Assembly (NCBI GenBank): GCA_001724265.1
Contig: MEDY01000165.1
Span: forward strand, 1 to 58,732
Direction: 5' to 3'
Length of the DNA stretch: 58,732 nucleotides
DNA from: Rhizaria sp. SCN 62-66
Lineage: Eukaryota
Position numbers and translations under genes: made by a program. Positions 35,349 to 48,979 of the stretch are shown piece by piece; within the stretch, counting starts at the first letter, position 1; every line of letters starts with the position of its first letter. A model generated the notes under the pieces. That model was not told the origin of the DNA. It searched no databases and saw nothing but the letters and a program-made list of their open reading frames with translations.

Positions 35349-38300
35349 TCACTTGCGCCTCCTGCCGTCAGGCAACGCGTCCCCCGCTGCCGCCGCGGTG
35401 CTAACATGGGAGGCCAGTCCCGCCGCGCCCCTGCCGAGCGCCGCCGCGGCCGCCGCAGCCGCTGCGGCGTCGGCAGCCAGCTGCGCGCGCTCGCGGCCGA
35501 CGCGCACGCGGGCCCGTGTCTGCGCCTGCTGCAGCCGCAGGCGCTGCTCGGAGCGGTGCAGCAGCGCCAGCAGCTGCTGGTTGCCGTCGCGCGGCAACAA
35601 CCGGTCGCCGATGATCAGCTTGTCGTCTAAGGGGGTACTTAGATGCGCGCGCGACGATGCCAACCTGGCGCCGCCCAAAGCAGATGCTGACGCTGAGGAT
35701 GACGCCATTGCGATCGCAGTCGCGGGGGATGCAAAGAGACCGGAGCCCGGCAGACGTGAGAGTCCGTGTGAGGGGGTGCTTAGACTACCATCATCGAGCG
35801 GAAAGCTGTTGGTGCTGTGCTGGTACCGGCTGCGCAGCTGTTGCAGCAGCGCCTCGTCCTCGCCCTTTAGATCACGTCCGCGCGCACTGACGCCCATCGG
35901 AGCGATATCTGTGGCAGTAGCGTCACTGACGCTGGCGTCGTCGCCCACGCTGTTGTGGCTGTTGCCGGCGTTGTTGAGCCGCGCGGTGGCGCGGACCCGG
36001 TGGCGCCGGCTGGCGGACCGCGCGCGCGCTGCCTCGGCCGCCTCGGCCGCTGCGCCCGCCGCGAGAGCCGCGTGCTGCGTCAGCAGCTCGTCGGCCCAGC
36101 GCAGGTCGCGCGACAGCTGTTGCGCCGTCGCCGTCGATGCCGACGCGCGCGGGGACTGCGGGCGCGACGCCGCGGGCAGCTGCAGGTGAAGCTGCGAGTA
36201 CGAGTACTGCTGCTGGAGCTGCTGTTGCAGGTGCAGCTGCTGCAGCTGCGCGTGCGACAACGACTGTGTGGGCGACTGAGCGCGCGACACCACGCTACCA
36301 ACAGCAGCAGCAGCATAAGTCGCGTTATAAGGCGGCGGCGATGGGGGCAGCAGGAGGGCCGCCGCGTTGTTGGTATTGTTGAGCGCAAAGAGCGGCGCGT
36401 CGCTGTACTTGTACGTGTCGACGGCCGCGACGACGCCGTGGTCGTGTTGTACCACGACGAGCTCGCGCTCCTCGCCGTCTTCGTCCACGTCGTCGTTCAC
36501 AGCCCCAACGCCAAACTGCTGCTGTTGTTGTTGAGCGTTGTTGTTGTTGCTGTCGTTGTTGTAGTTGTAGTAGCCGTTGCCGTCGTCGTTGTACTCATCG
36601 TCGACGTCGTCGTCGTCATAATATGCAAACGAGGGCCGGTCGCGCGGCGGCGGCGCCAGTAGCGCAACCGCACCCGCACCAGCGCCCTGCTGCTGCTGGT
36701 CAGTGTTGAGCTTGACGCGGGGACCAGTGAGCAACTGCATGCGCGGCGACTGCGCTTTGCTGCCGCTGCTGCTTCTGGTGTTGTTGCGGCCACTGCCGCG
36801 GACGGGACTGCTGCCCCAGCGCCCTCTCTGGCCCTGCTGCTGCTGCTTAGTAGGCGACATTGAGTACTGGTCGGTGGCCGCGGTGGCGTCCTCATCAAAC
36901 GAAAACTCTTGACCGTGACCGTGGCCCAGGTGACCGTGAGCACCACCGGTACCGCCGCGGCCACCCATCGCGCCCATGGCGTTGTTGTTGGAGAGAACGC
37001 GCGGGTCAAACACACTCAGGCCCCCCGCATCCAAGGAGCTGCCGACCCGGCCGCGGTTGCCGCCGCTGCCCGGGAGCGAGATGCCCACCGCGGCGGCGGC
37101 GGCGCGGCGGAGCCCGGGCGACAGCGCACCCATCGCGACCGCCGCTGCCTCTACCGCCGCGGCCTCGGCCTCCTCGGCGGCCTCGCGCGCGGCGGCGGCG
37201 TCGGCGGCGGCGCTCTGCCCGCGCTGGCCGGCGTGGCGCGGGGACGCGTTGCCGTAGCCGCGCCGGCCGCTCGCGCCGTTGCTGCCGCCGGTCTGGGAGG
37301 GCGAGCGGACCGACTCGAAGCCGAAGCGGTTCATCGCCGAGTCCTCCCGCCGCACGCCCACGCTCGCGCCCATGCCGAACGCGCTGCGCGTCACGCTGCC
37401 GCCGCCGCCGGCGTCGCTGCCGGCGCCGGCGGGGCTGAGACTGCCGCCGCTGCCGTCCGCGGAGGTGCGGCTGCGGCGGCTGCGCATTGTCGCGAAGGCC
37501 TGCGACACGATGCCGCGGAGCAACTCGCTGTCGCCGCCGTCGCCGTCGCCGCCGCCGCCGCCGCCACCGCTGCCGCTGCGCGGAGCGCCGCTGCTCTTGA
37601 CGCCGTCGCTGCTGTCGTTGCTGTTGACCGATGCAAATGCGTCGTGCCAGGCTGCGGCGGCGTTGTCGTCGTTGAGCAAGTACTGCTTCAGCGCGAGCTC
37701 CAGCCCGTCGTCGTCGCCTGCGCCGCCACCGTGGCCGCGGCCGTGCGCCGCGGGCCCCGCACCTGCGCCGGTGCGGCCGTGGGCGCGCGGGGTGCTGTCG
37801 TGGAGCGAGGCGTGCGCCGCGGCAGCCGCAAACACGTCCGCGGCGCGCGTGCTCGGCGGCAGCGCCCACGCGCGCGGGTCCTTGTGGCCGGTGGACTCGA
37901 GCGCCCAGTACGGGATCAGCTCCGCGCCGCCGACACCGGGGGTGCTGGCCACGCCGGGCGCCACGGCATTCGCGTCAGACTGCGACGCGCCACCGCCGCT
38001 GCCGGTGACGGCGCTGACGGCGGCGGCGTTGTTGTTGGAAGCGAAGTTGGACATGAGCAGCTTCATCTCAGCGTCGGCGTCGGCGTCAGTGTAGCCGTTG
38101 TCGTCGGCCACGCTCACCGCGGCGCTCGCGGCGACCGAAGCAGCGGCCGCGGCCTTGGCGGCGGTGACCGTGCCACGGACAAAGCCCCTCGTTGTCCCCG
38201 TCGGTACCAGCAGCTCAGCGTCGGTGCCCATGGTCATACGAGTCGCCCCGCGGCCGCGGCCGTGCCCACGGCCGCGGTGGCCCGAGCGCGAGTGCGAGCG

Positions 38301-41300
38301 CGACTGCGCCTGGGACTGCGACCGCGACTGCGAGTCGGCCGTGCTGTCGTACTCGCCGTAGTCATCATCGTCGGTGTTGAAGTAGTCGCTGTCATCATCG
38401 TCGCCGCTTGGCTGCTGGTCGCCAGCGACCGCGTCAGCGTTCTTGTCGGAGCTGTGGGCCGACGCCCCCTTGCCGCCCCTGCCAAGATACCGCCGGCCCC
38501 CGCGGCCGGACTCGTTGTCCCCCAGTCCGGCCTCGCTGCCAGTGTGCGCGAGCTGCGTGAGGGCGTTGATGCCCGTGACGGTCGGCCGCAACGGCACCAT
38601 AGGCGACGCCGGGCCCGTGTAGTAGTGCTCGTCGTCGAGCTCGCCCGCCGTGACGGTCGGCAGACGCGAGCCGCCCTTGCTGCTTTTAACATCGCCCCTG
38701 TCAAAGCGACCACTCGCCGCAGCGCTGCCGAGAGCAGTTGCAAGGCTCGTTTGACTGGCTACGTCATCGGGAGTCGAATCAGCGACTGTGGGCATGTCAA
38801 TTCCGACAACTCCGACCAGTTGTTGCGACTGCTGCCTCAGCGGCCGCGGCTGCCGCGCGAGCGAGCCCTTGGCGCCGCCCTTGCCATTGGTCGCGACCGC
38901 AGCGCTGTCGCCCTTGCCCTCAGCCCTGCTATCCTCCTCGGCGGCAGCAGCTGCAGCGGCGGCGGCATTAGCGGCAGCAGCAGCGGCGACCGTGGCGGCC
39001 TTGGTGGCGTCACTGCGCGCCTTGTCGATCAGCGCGAGCAGCTGTGCCCGCGCGTCGATGGCGCTGGTGCCGGCCTTGCCGACCGTGCCGTACTGCGGCA
39101 GCAGCGTGCCCAGCGCAAGGTGCTGTCCGGCCACTGCGGTGCCCAGCGGCGACCCCGGGGGCGAGCCCGCGCCCGCGCCAGAGGCGGCGACGTCTGAGGG
39201 CGCGGTCGAGAGTGAACCGGCCCGGGCCCGGAGCGCGGCGAGGAGGTTCTTGTCGCCCTGGGTCAGCGACGCCGGGTATGCGGCCTCGAAAGCGGCCAAG
39301 TACGCGTCAACGTCGTCTAGGCGAGAGAGCAGCGAGGGAACAGTATTGAGCGCGTTGAGCATCCCGTCCGACAGCGACAGGTCTTGCGCGCGGCTGGCCG
39401 CCGCGGCTGCGTGCGCAGACGGGGTGATAATCCCCACGTGCGGACTGCGGCTGCGGCTGTCGGCGTCGCTGCCCGCGCTCACGCTGTCGCCCTCGTCGCT
39501 GTTTGTATCGAGCTCCGAGTCGGGCGCGGGCAGCGCGTCTAATAACATAGATTCGCCGTCGGCGTCGCCAATGCTCGCGCTCACGCTGCCACGCGCCCGC
39601 GCACCCGAGGCCCGGGCCTTGGCCTTCGCAGCGGCGGAGACGACAGAATTGCGCTTCCGTCTCTGCTCAGCACTGTCCGCACTGGAGTCGCGCGCAGAGG
39701 CAACGCGCACCGCGGCCGCACCGGTCACGCCGGCGCCCCGCACGCCGACGCCGAGGCCCTCTGCAGCCAAATCATCCAGCGTGCTGTGGCCGCCCACACT
39801 GCTGCCGGAGGGCGCGGGGGACGGCACGGTCAGCTTGCCGGTCAAGCCCGCGCCCGCGGGTGGCTTGACTTCCTCGGTCTGGACGCCGCGGCTCACGGTC
39901 GCCGCGCTGGCCTGCACGGCCTTCTGCCCCTTATGCATGCCGCCGCGCCACGCCGCGACTTCGACGGCGGCTAGCTGCACGGCCAGCTCGCGCAGCGCCG
40001 AGTGCAGCTCGCGCTGCTCCGCGGTGAGCCGCGCCGACAGCGACGTGACCGTGCGCAGCTCAGCTGTCATGCCGGTCGTGCCGCGGCGGCGGCGCAGCGT
40101 CTCGGCGCGCCACAGCCGCGCACTCGCCTCGGCCGCGGCTACGGCGACGGCCAGCTCAGCCTCGGTCGCACTGCCGTCCGCCGCTGTCGCACGCGCTGCG
40201 TTCGCGGCCGCAGTAGCCGCGGCGTGGTCTGCCTCGGCCGCGGCGACGGCGGCGCGCAGCGAAGCCAGCGTGGCGGTCAGCTCATCTGCGTCGCGCGCGA
40301 CCGCGGCGCCGTCGGCGGCGTTGGCGTTCTCGAGTGCGTGGAGCTCTGCCGCGGCCGTCGCGCGCTGGTGCTCGAGCGCGGCCGTCTCAGCGATGTTGTC
40401 CTGCCGCTTCGCCGCGAGCCCGCGCCGCAGGTGCGAAGTCTGTTTCGCCAGCGCGTCGTTGCGCGCGCGCAGGTCTGCAATTTCGCGCTGAATCTCGCTC
40501 CGCTGCAGCGCCATCGAGCTCGCCTCCTCGCGGATGCTGTCCAGCAGGGCCTCGCTCGCGGCCGTGTGCGACGCCGTCTCAGACTGTAAGGTCGCAAGCT
40601 TGCCCACGGCGACCGCAAGCTCTTTCTCCTGCGCGGCAAGCTCGGCGTCCACGGCGGCAAAGCGCACTGCCGCGGTGTCGCGCGCGGCCAGCGAGGCCGT
40701 CTTCTGCTCTTGCAGCGCGCTCACAGCGGTCTCGGCGTCGCGTGTGCGCTCGCGGATGTCCTTGAGCGTCTTGATCGTGTCGAACTTGCGCTTGCGCATC
40801 TCCACAATGGCCTCGAACCCGGACCGCACGTGACCCTCGAGCACGGTGACGTCGCCCGCCGCGGCGGCCACGAGCGCGCGCGCGCCCGACTGCGCCGTCT
40901 CCAGCTCACCCTCGGCCTTGCGGCGCTCCGCGATCGCGCGCTGCGCAGTGCGGTGCGCCGCGGCGGAGGCCTCGGTGCGCGCGGTGTGCGCGTCGCGGGC
41001 CTCAGCCAGGCGCGACGTCGCGTCCAACAACGCAAGCTCCAGCGCCTCCGCCTGCGCTTGCGCAGAAGACAGCGACTGTGAGACAAAAACAGCATAAAGA
41101 AGCGAAGAGATGTGAGATGTGGAAAGATAACAAACAAAGTTGATATGCGACCATAACTTAACAATTTGCAACTATTGCCACAATAAACGTACCTTAACTT
41201 CGTTTTCTTCAAGCGCTTCTTGTGCGCCGACCTTGGCTTCCCGCCACCTCTCCCTCTCGGCCACGAGGCCCCTGAGCACCTCGTCAAGCGCACTGGCCTC

Positions 41301-44300
41301 GTCCTCGGCGGCCCGCGCACGCGCGACGACCTCGCTGTACTGCTGCTCGAGCGCCTGCAGCCGGTGCTTGAGCATGCCTTGCCGGTTCGCAATGACAGCA
41401 CGGTGACGCTCGTTGCTGGCGACGAAGCCGGCGGCGTCGCGCTGCTGCGCCGCCAGGTATTGCTCCTTGAGCGCCGCCGCCTGCCGCTTGCGCTCCAGTG
41501 AGAAAACCACGGCCGGGTCGCGCGCGCCGGGCGCGGCGGCCTTGGCGGCGGCGAGCGCGGCGGCGTGAGCGGCGCGGTCGGCCCCGCGGATGCCGCTGCC
41601 GGCGTGGCGGCCGCCCAGGTCCAAGATGCGCAGGATGAGCATCTCCTCGGCAATGGCGGCGGACATGAGCGAGCGTGCCGCGCGCTGCTCCTCGAGGAGC
41701 AGCTGGCGCGTGCGCGCAAGGTCGAGCTCGCGCTGCGACAGCGACGCCGTGGCGGCCAGCAGCTGCGTGTCGAGCAGAGAAGCCGCATCGATAACCTTCA
41801 AGTTGTTGAATAGAAACAAACGACACAACAAAAAACATTAGTGTGAGATCAAGTTGTGATGGTTGAAAAAGGTAAAACGTGGAACTTAAACATTATTTGT
41901 GCGTACCCGTTTGCGGTCGTCCTCGGCCCTGGCGAGCGTCCTCTCGAGCGCCTCCAGCTCCTGCTTTTTGCCGCCGACCTTGCCCTTGAGCGCCGTAGTC
42001 GCACGCCGCTGGTCTGCGAGCGCGGCCAACAGACCGCGGAGGGCAACGCGGAGCTCGGTGCCGTGGATAAGGTGGCGGTGGTAGCGGGCGCCCCACTCGG
42101 AGGCCTCGGCGCGCGCGCTGGTGGCGTCTTCGACGACTTGCTCGAGTGACAGGCGGGCCTGGGACAATGACTGCTTGGCCAGAGCGATCTACACAAAAAA
42201 AAACACACACAATATTGACACACGAAATCACAATAATATTCATTAGCAAGATATTTGGGGATCAAAAAAGAAAGACCTAGCTTACAAAACATGTCTCTTT
42301 GAATATCGCTCATCGATATTTGTTACAAAGTGATGCTACGTACGCGGGCCTTGTCGGCCTTGAGCATGCCGACGGCGTCGACGAGGCTCTCCTCGCCGCG
42401 CTTGATGCTTTCGCGGACGCCGTCCTGCATCTTGCGCACGGCGCGCGCGCGCTCCTTGTGCTCCTTCTCGACGATCATCTCGCGGTGGCGGCCTGCGAAG
42501 ACGACGCAGCCCAGCACCCAAGCCGTGACCGCGGGCTCAGCCGTGTCGATGAGCCGCATGTAACCGCGCCAGTGCAGCGCCAGCAGCGCCGCGGCCTGCG
42601 GCGAGTGGCCCAGCAGCCCGCGTAGCAGCGAGAACACGCCCAGCGAGTACGTGAAGAGCGACACGTACGCGCGGTCGATCAGCGCGGGCGGGAGCGCGGA
42701 CTCGCGGAGACCGCGGCGGCCCAGGCCCAGCGTGTCGATGGCAGAACGCAGTAGCAGCGAGTGTGGCGGCGCTAGCACTGCGATGGCGGGGCAGCGAGAA
42801 GACAACAGACGCCGTTCGCGGGCCGCGAGGGCCTCGGAGAGGCGCGCCTGCTGTTGCTGCTGCTGTTGCTGCTGCTGTTGCTGCTGCAAGGCCGTGTTCG
42901 CGTTCGCGAGAGTGTCAGTGTCCACAGTCATGTACGCATCAGCGTCGTCGTCATCGTCAGTATTAGTCGCGCTAGAAACATCGCCGTTGTCGCTGTCGTC
43001 AGACCCAGTGGTGTCACGGTCACTCTTGTTCTCATTGTCACCACCCTCAGCAACGCCAGTCAGAGTCTGAGCCTGCGCGACGCGACGCGCCTTGGCGCTG
43101 CTGCTCTTGCTCATGCGCTTGTTTTTGCCTCGCTTAGAGCCGTCGTCGCTGTGCTTGGTGTACTCGTAGCTGCCGGGGCCGACGATCTTGGCCGACACCG
43201 AGGCCAGCCACGACTCAGCCAGCGCGACGTCGGTCACCACGAAGCCGCTGCTGTCCACCGTCGTGCCTGCGCTTGCGGCCGCGCTGATGTTGCTGTTGCG
43301 GATCGCGCTGCCGCTGCCTGCGCCAGGGGCGGCGTTGTTACTGTTCGCGTTCGAGAGCATCATACCCTTGCTAGGGCTGAACGCACCAGTGCCAGAGAGT
43401 GTACTGCCAAAGCCACCAATGATGGTGTTGTTGTTCCCGCTGGGATTTGCGCTAGTCGTGGTCGTAGCAGCGGCTGCGGCTGCAGCAGCCATTGCGGCGG
43501 CGGCTGCAACGGCGTCGGACGTAGTCACACTGGCGTGGGAACTTAAGCCGCCCGCGCCGCCCGAAGTTAGGCCGCCGCCGGCACGCTTGTTCGGACTCCG
43601 CACATCAGTATGCTGCGAGCGCTGACTGGCACTGCCCCCTCGAGCGCTGGCGGAAGCGCCGTTGTCCGATTGGTTCGCGTTGACGTGGGTGAACTTGGCC
43701 GTCGCAGACGCAGTGGCGGCCGCGGCGTCGCCCCGGGGCGCGAGCGGCGGACCCACAGTCACGTGTAGACCGGTGATGAACTCGATTTCGGCGACGTTGC
43801 CGCCATCGGTACCGCGGTCCTCAGCGCCGGCGGCGTGGCCGTGCACGCCGGTCTGGTGGCCGTGCGCCGGGGCGGGGACTGCGCGCGTGACGGCGATGGA
43901 GAGCGGGTGGTAGCCTGTGCCGGCCAGCTGCGCGCGGGCCGCGACTGCAAGCCAGGACGCCGCCAGCGCGCTCAGCGTCGCGTGGGCCCGTGACTGCGCT
44001 TGCAACCGCGCCTGAGACCGAGGCTGGGGTTGGGCCTGGGGCTGACTCTTCTGAGACGGTGACAGCGACTGCTTTTGAGGCTGCGAGAGTTCGGTGGTTG
44101 TGTCGAAGGTGTCTGCGCCCTCGTTGTCACTCTCGGAGCCGGATTCGCTGTCGTCATGGTCGTACTTGCTGTCACTCTGAGCCTGCACATCGGATGCTGA
44201 AGACGGCTTCTTGCCATGGTGTTGCTGTTGCAAGAGAGCGCGCGAGACTCGCTTGACTTGTTTCGCAGTCGGCAGTGGGAACAACACGTCACCGAAGTCG

Positions 44301-46128
44301 CCGCTCACAGTCACTGCGGTGAGGGGCAGCGGGGGCAGGCCGCTGACGTCGTCCTCCTGCTCCGCTTCGTCTTCTTCGAACAACATCTGTTGCTGCGGCT
44401 CACGGTCGCTGCTGCCGGTGCTGGCGAACGCGGTGCGCGGGTCGCTGCCCACAGTCACGCGGCCTGACTTCGATCCCGCAGACGAAAGCACGCCGAACTT
44501 CTCAAACAACGCACGGGGCACAGCACTGCTGTCGCCCGCGGCCGTCGTCTGCTCTGCACCTGCTCCCGCTGCGCGCGTCGCTGCCGCATTGGCGTTGGTG
44601 TTGGTCGCAGTCGCCGCATTCGCCGCAGCCGCTGCTGAGACCGCGACTGCCGCGGCGGCCGTCGCCGACAGCGTCTGCGGCTGCCCGCGCAGCGTCTTGA
44701 GGATGAACAGCGCGTTGCGCATGACCGAGTCGGCAAAGCGGTGGTGGCGGCGCTGCTGCTGCTGCCGCTGGTGCAGCTGCTGCTGTTGGTAGTAGTAGCC
44801 GTTGCCGCCGCGCGCCGTGCTGCCGAAGACGTGGCCGGGCGGCATGACGCCGTAGAGCGCGCGCGTCGCCTTGTCTTGCTCGATTTGCTGCTGCTGCTGA
44901 TGCCTGCGCGCGCTCTCGCCCGCGGTGGTGTAGCCGTACCCGTACAGTCTCGCCGCGTTTCTGCCCGCGCCGCTGCTGCCCGCATCAGGGTCAGCACCGC
45001 CCTGCGGCCACTCGGCAGCGTTAGCCGCGCTAGCCGTAGTGGCGCCTTGGCGACTTGCGCCCCTAGCAGAGCCCAGCCGTCCCCCGGCGCCGTTGACGCC
45101 GCCGTTGCCGAGGGCCCCGACGCCGCGCGCCGAGCCCAGGCGGTCGAGCGGGAGCACACGCGGCACCATCGCGCCGCCGATGACGCCGCCGGCCTCGCCG
45201 CGCGAGCCGCCGCGCATCAGCCACCCGATCCCGCCGCCCGCGCCCGCCGCGCCCGTCGGGGCCGCCCCCGCCGCGTCACTATGGACGCCGCTCGAGCCCG
45301 CGGCGCCGGCGCTGGCCGCGGCGCGCAGGCGGTGCTTCATGTCCGTCTTCTCGCCCTCGCGCAGCAGCGTGAGCGCCGCGTAGAGCCCGCTGCTGTGCCC
45401 GGGGCCGCTGCTCGCGCCGCCGCCGGCGCCGCTGCCGCCGAGGCCGCCCAGCCCGAGGCTGCCCGCGGCGAGCGGCCGGGAGCCGCCCTTGCCGCCCATG
45501 GTGTTGGCGGTGCTCGAGGCAGACTGGCGGCTTAATTTCGCGGCGTCCCGGAAGGATGTCTTGAGCGCTGAGGTGCGATACAGCGCGCGCAAAGCAGCGT
45601 CAGTGTCGCTGTCACTGCCGCTGCCGTCGTCGCCCGCGCCGGGGCCCGCGCCGACAGGAGCGCTGCTGCGCTTTTGGCCGTGGTGCGTGTTAGAGTAAGA
45701 CTGAGTGTGAGAATCTTCACCCTTAGATGATGCAAGGGGCAGGGATTCTCCAGGATGACGCGACAGTAGCGCTTGTTGCATGCGGGAAGCAACCGCAGTC
45801 AGAGATGCCGCACTGGTCATCGTCAACGGCATCACCGACACAGCGTCGCCCTCAGCAGCAGCTGGGCTCGCGTTCGCAGTGACTGTAGCAGCGCCGGTGC
45901 CAGTGGCGCTGAGACTGTGGTCCGGCGCGAGCGACAGGCCGTGCTGCGGCTTGGCGGGGATAGCGGCAATGGTCGCGTCGGTCTGCGGCCGCGTGATGTG
46001 CGGGCCGAACGCCGCGGTCAGCATTGTCGTCATCGGCATCGCGTCCGGGTCCGCACTCGCACTCGGATTCGCACGAGTCCTTGGACGCTGATCTGCGTTG
46101 TTATCAACGACATTGCAGTTCGTGTTGC

Positions 46129-46162
<34 letters not shown>

Positions 46163-47167
46163 GCTGCTGCTGACTGCGGGGGCCAGCACAGCGAGCGGGA
46201 CGCCCGTGGTGCTGGTGGGAGCGGTCGCAGGGTCCAGACTGCTGGGCAGGCGCGACGGCTCGCGCCAGTGCAGCGTCGCCAGGCTCTGCGTCGTCTGCGA
46301 CAGCATCTTCTGCCGCAGCACCAGGTTGATGCGCGTCGAGGCGGCGCCCGCGCTGACCGGGGGCCCGCTGTTGGGGGTGAAGATGCCGATCGTGGTCGCC
46401 GCCGAGGCGGTGGCGGTGGCGCCGCTCGAGATGGTTCCGCCCGTTGCCGCCACATCACGGGCAAGACTAGTGCCGTTCACGTTGGGGGTGGGCGTGTTGG
46501 CGGTCGCTACGGGGTTCGGACTCTTGGCGTTAGTCAAGTTGGCATTACCAGGCTTGTTTGCGGCACAATTAGGAGCATCACTTGAACTACCAGTGGTAAA
46601 GTCTGTAGTTAAGTCAACGGGCGGCGCAAAGCGATCCAAAGCCGCAGCCAGCGCGGCTGCGGTCGTGGGGCGCACAGGCAACAGCGCGGGCACAAACTGA
46701 GACTGCGACGGTGGCTCTGCAAAGATATATCCAGCCGAAGCAGACGGAGAGGCTGAGGAGGACGATGACTGAGACGCAGAGAATGGAGCGCGGGGCTGCA
46801 GCGGCTGCAGCAGCGGCGGCGCGGGCGGCAGCTGCGGGCCAAACGCACCGCCAGGAGTGACAGCAGAACTAGCAGCACTGCTACTGTTGCTCTTGGAGCC
46901 GACGGTGGGACAGAGCACTTTGTTAACGGGCGTCCGCGCGGTGGCCGAGACCGTGGGCTTGAAATAGCGCGACTCGACCGACGCGTACGGCGCGCGCGCA
47001 GGGACCAGCGCGCCCGAGGTGGAAGTCGAGGGCCGGGACGATAGAGCCACGGGGCCCGGCGCTGCAGCGGCTGCAGTGGCGGCCGTCGGCGAGGCTGCAG
47101 GGGCAGCGGGAGCTGGGGCCGGGACGGTGTAGCGACCGCGCCCGGGGTCGGCCGGGGGCGCAGACAT
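35349..47167 (-). CDS. Very large (~3,811 aa) low-complexity/disordered protein with a central coiled-coil region; function unknown
   Basis: Exons 47167-42344, 42188-41907, 41795-41193 and 41075-35349 join in frame across phase-0 introns with GTACG donors; stop TGA. Heptad-like A/E/L/R-rich region at about 42500-39950. Flanks are S/A/G/Q/N-rich. Confidence 0.82.
46130..46163 (-). repeat. Coding (AAC)n microsatellite encoding polyAsn
   Basis: A (GTT)n run on the + strand translates to NNNNNNNNNNN in the minus-strand CDS. Confidence 0.9.
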
Positions 47168-47930
47168 CGCGAGCTACGCCCAATAAAAGTGGACAGGGAT
47201 TTACTGTGGAAGTAGCGCGACCGGAGATTGTTTCGGTGTCCAAGTCGCTGGGTTGGGGGACAGTTTGGAGGACAGGGCGACAGAGAATAACAGCTCTGAG
47301 TGAGGCAGGGGTTTGAGAAAGATAAGAACAATTTGGAATGATCGAAAAGAAATATAATAAAAAAAAGAATGTGTAATTGTAGGTTAACATAGACATAACG
47401 ACAACAACGGATAATAGAATGCGTTGCAGATGAAAGAAGTCAGCCTCAGTTTGAACAAGGACTGTGGGCACACCGATGGCCGATCGCGGACCAGCAGGAG
47501 AGATGCTGTCGGTCAAGGTAGCATGACACGAGCTCAAATGGACACTCAATCAAGGTGTATTGCAATATCCTTTTGCACCAGTATATAAAATGATGCATAG
47601 GAAACCTTCATTTTATACGAAGAGCTGTCGGACTAAGGTCACGTCTGTGGGCCGCTTTCAGATTCTTTCCGAACCCAGCCTCGGCAGTCGTGTCTTAAAC
47701 CAACCTTGGCACCCTGCAGCGCTCTTGTGTAAACCCCAGCGTCAATGCCGTTTTTCAAAATGCTCATGTCTCGCACTTGTAATTCTATTCCGTTTTCTCT
47801 CTTTCACTTTGACGTTGCATTCACTCCGCAAATCACCAATCCCCATCGTGTCCCCGATCTGCGTCGCTCACCTGCCCCATTGTGTCACACCGCTGCACCC
47901 GCTGCTTGTCTCACAAAGCCTGAAGACAAG

Positions 47931-48979
47931 ATGAAGGTTCTGGTTCCCGTCAAGCGTGTCGTCGACTTTGCCGTGCGTGTCCGCGTCAACCCGGCCAAGA
48001 CCGCTGTTGACCTCACCGGTGTCAAGATGTCCATGAACCCTTTCTGCGAGATCGGCATTGAGGAGGCCAGTACGTTCCCCACCTTCACGCCGCATTTTCG
48101 AATAATATTCATCCTGTCATGGAAAATTCTTTGGATTTCACTTAACTTCCTTCCTTTATTTTATTCCATGCGTTCGCTTGTGTCTTGTTTAGCCCGCCTG
48201 AAGGAGAAGGGCATCGCCACCGAGGTGATCGCCGTCACCATCGGCCCCAAGGCTTCCTCCGAGGTCCTCCGCACTGCCCTCGCCATGGGCGCGGACACCG
48301 CTATCCACGTCGAGCACGAGGCCCGCACTGATCAGGAGCTCCAGCCCCTGGCCGTGGCGAAGCTGCTGCAGAAGATCGTCGACAAGGTCAAGCCCGACCT
48401 CGTGATCGCAGGCAAGCAGTCGATCGACGACGACTCGGCGCAGACGGGCCAGATGCTCGCCGGCCTCCTCGCCTGGCCCCAGGCCACGTTTGCGTCCAAG
48501 CTTGACGTCGACGTCGGCGCCAAGAAGGCGACCGTCGTGCGCGAGGTCGAGGGCGGTCTCGAGACAATCTCGATGGCGCTGCCCGCTGTCGTCACCACGG
48601 ACCTCCGCCTCAACGAGCCCCGCTACGCCACGCTCCCCAACATCATGAAGGGTACGCATATCGACGTTACACAACTCAACAGAGAAACACTCGACAACGT
48701 AGCTGCTATGCTAGCAAGCAAAACCCACCTCGTGCCTTGTATCTCAGTTTATCGCCGACCTCTCACTTTTGACTTCTTTCTTTCTCTCTTATTCTATTTA
48801 CTCCTCGTGCAGCGCGCAAGAAGCCTCTCGAGGTGATCCCGGCCGCGTCGCTGGGCGTGGACCTTACCCCGCGCCTGCAGGTCCTCTCGGTCGAGGAGCC
48901 CCCCAAGCGCGCCGGCGGCGTCAAGGTCGAGTCCGTCGACGAGCTCGTCTCCAAGCTCAAGGACAAGGGCCTCATCTAA
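47931..48979 (+). CDS. ETFB: Electron transfer flavoprotein subunit beta (254 aa)
   Basis: Exons 47931-48069, 48193-48651 and 48813-48979; stop TAA. Motifs [67 protein letters not shown]. Confidence 0.97.

Noticed and set aside
2524-46700. Many long antisense or alternate-frame ORFs (e.g. 9082-11151, 13303-15492, 36909-39197, 38788-40491)
   Set aside because: They lie on top of well-supported GC-rich CDSs, where stop codons are scarce in other frames. The translations are R/A/G-rich with no motifs.
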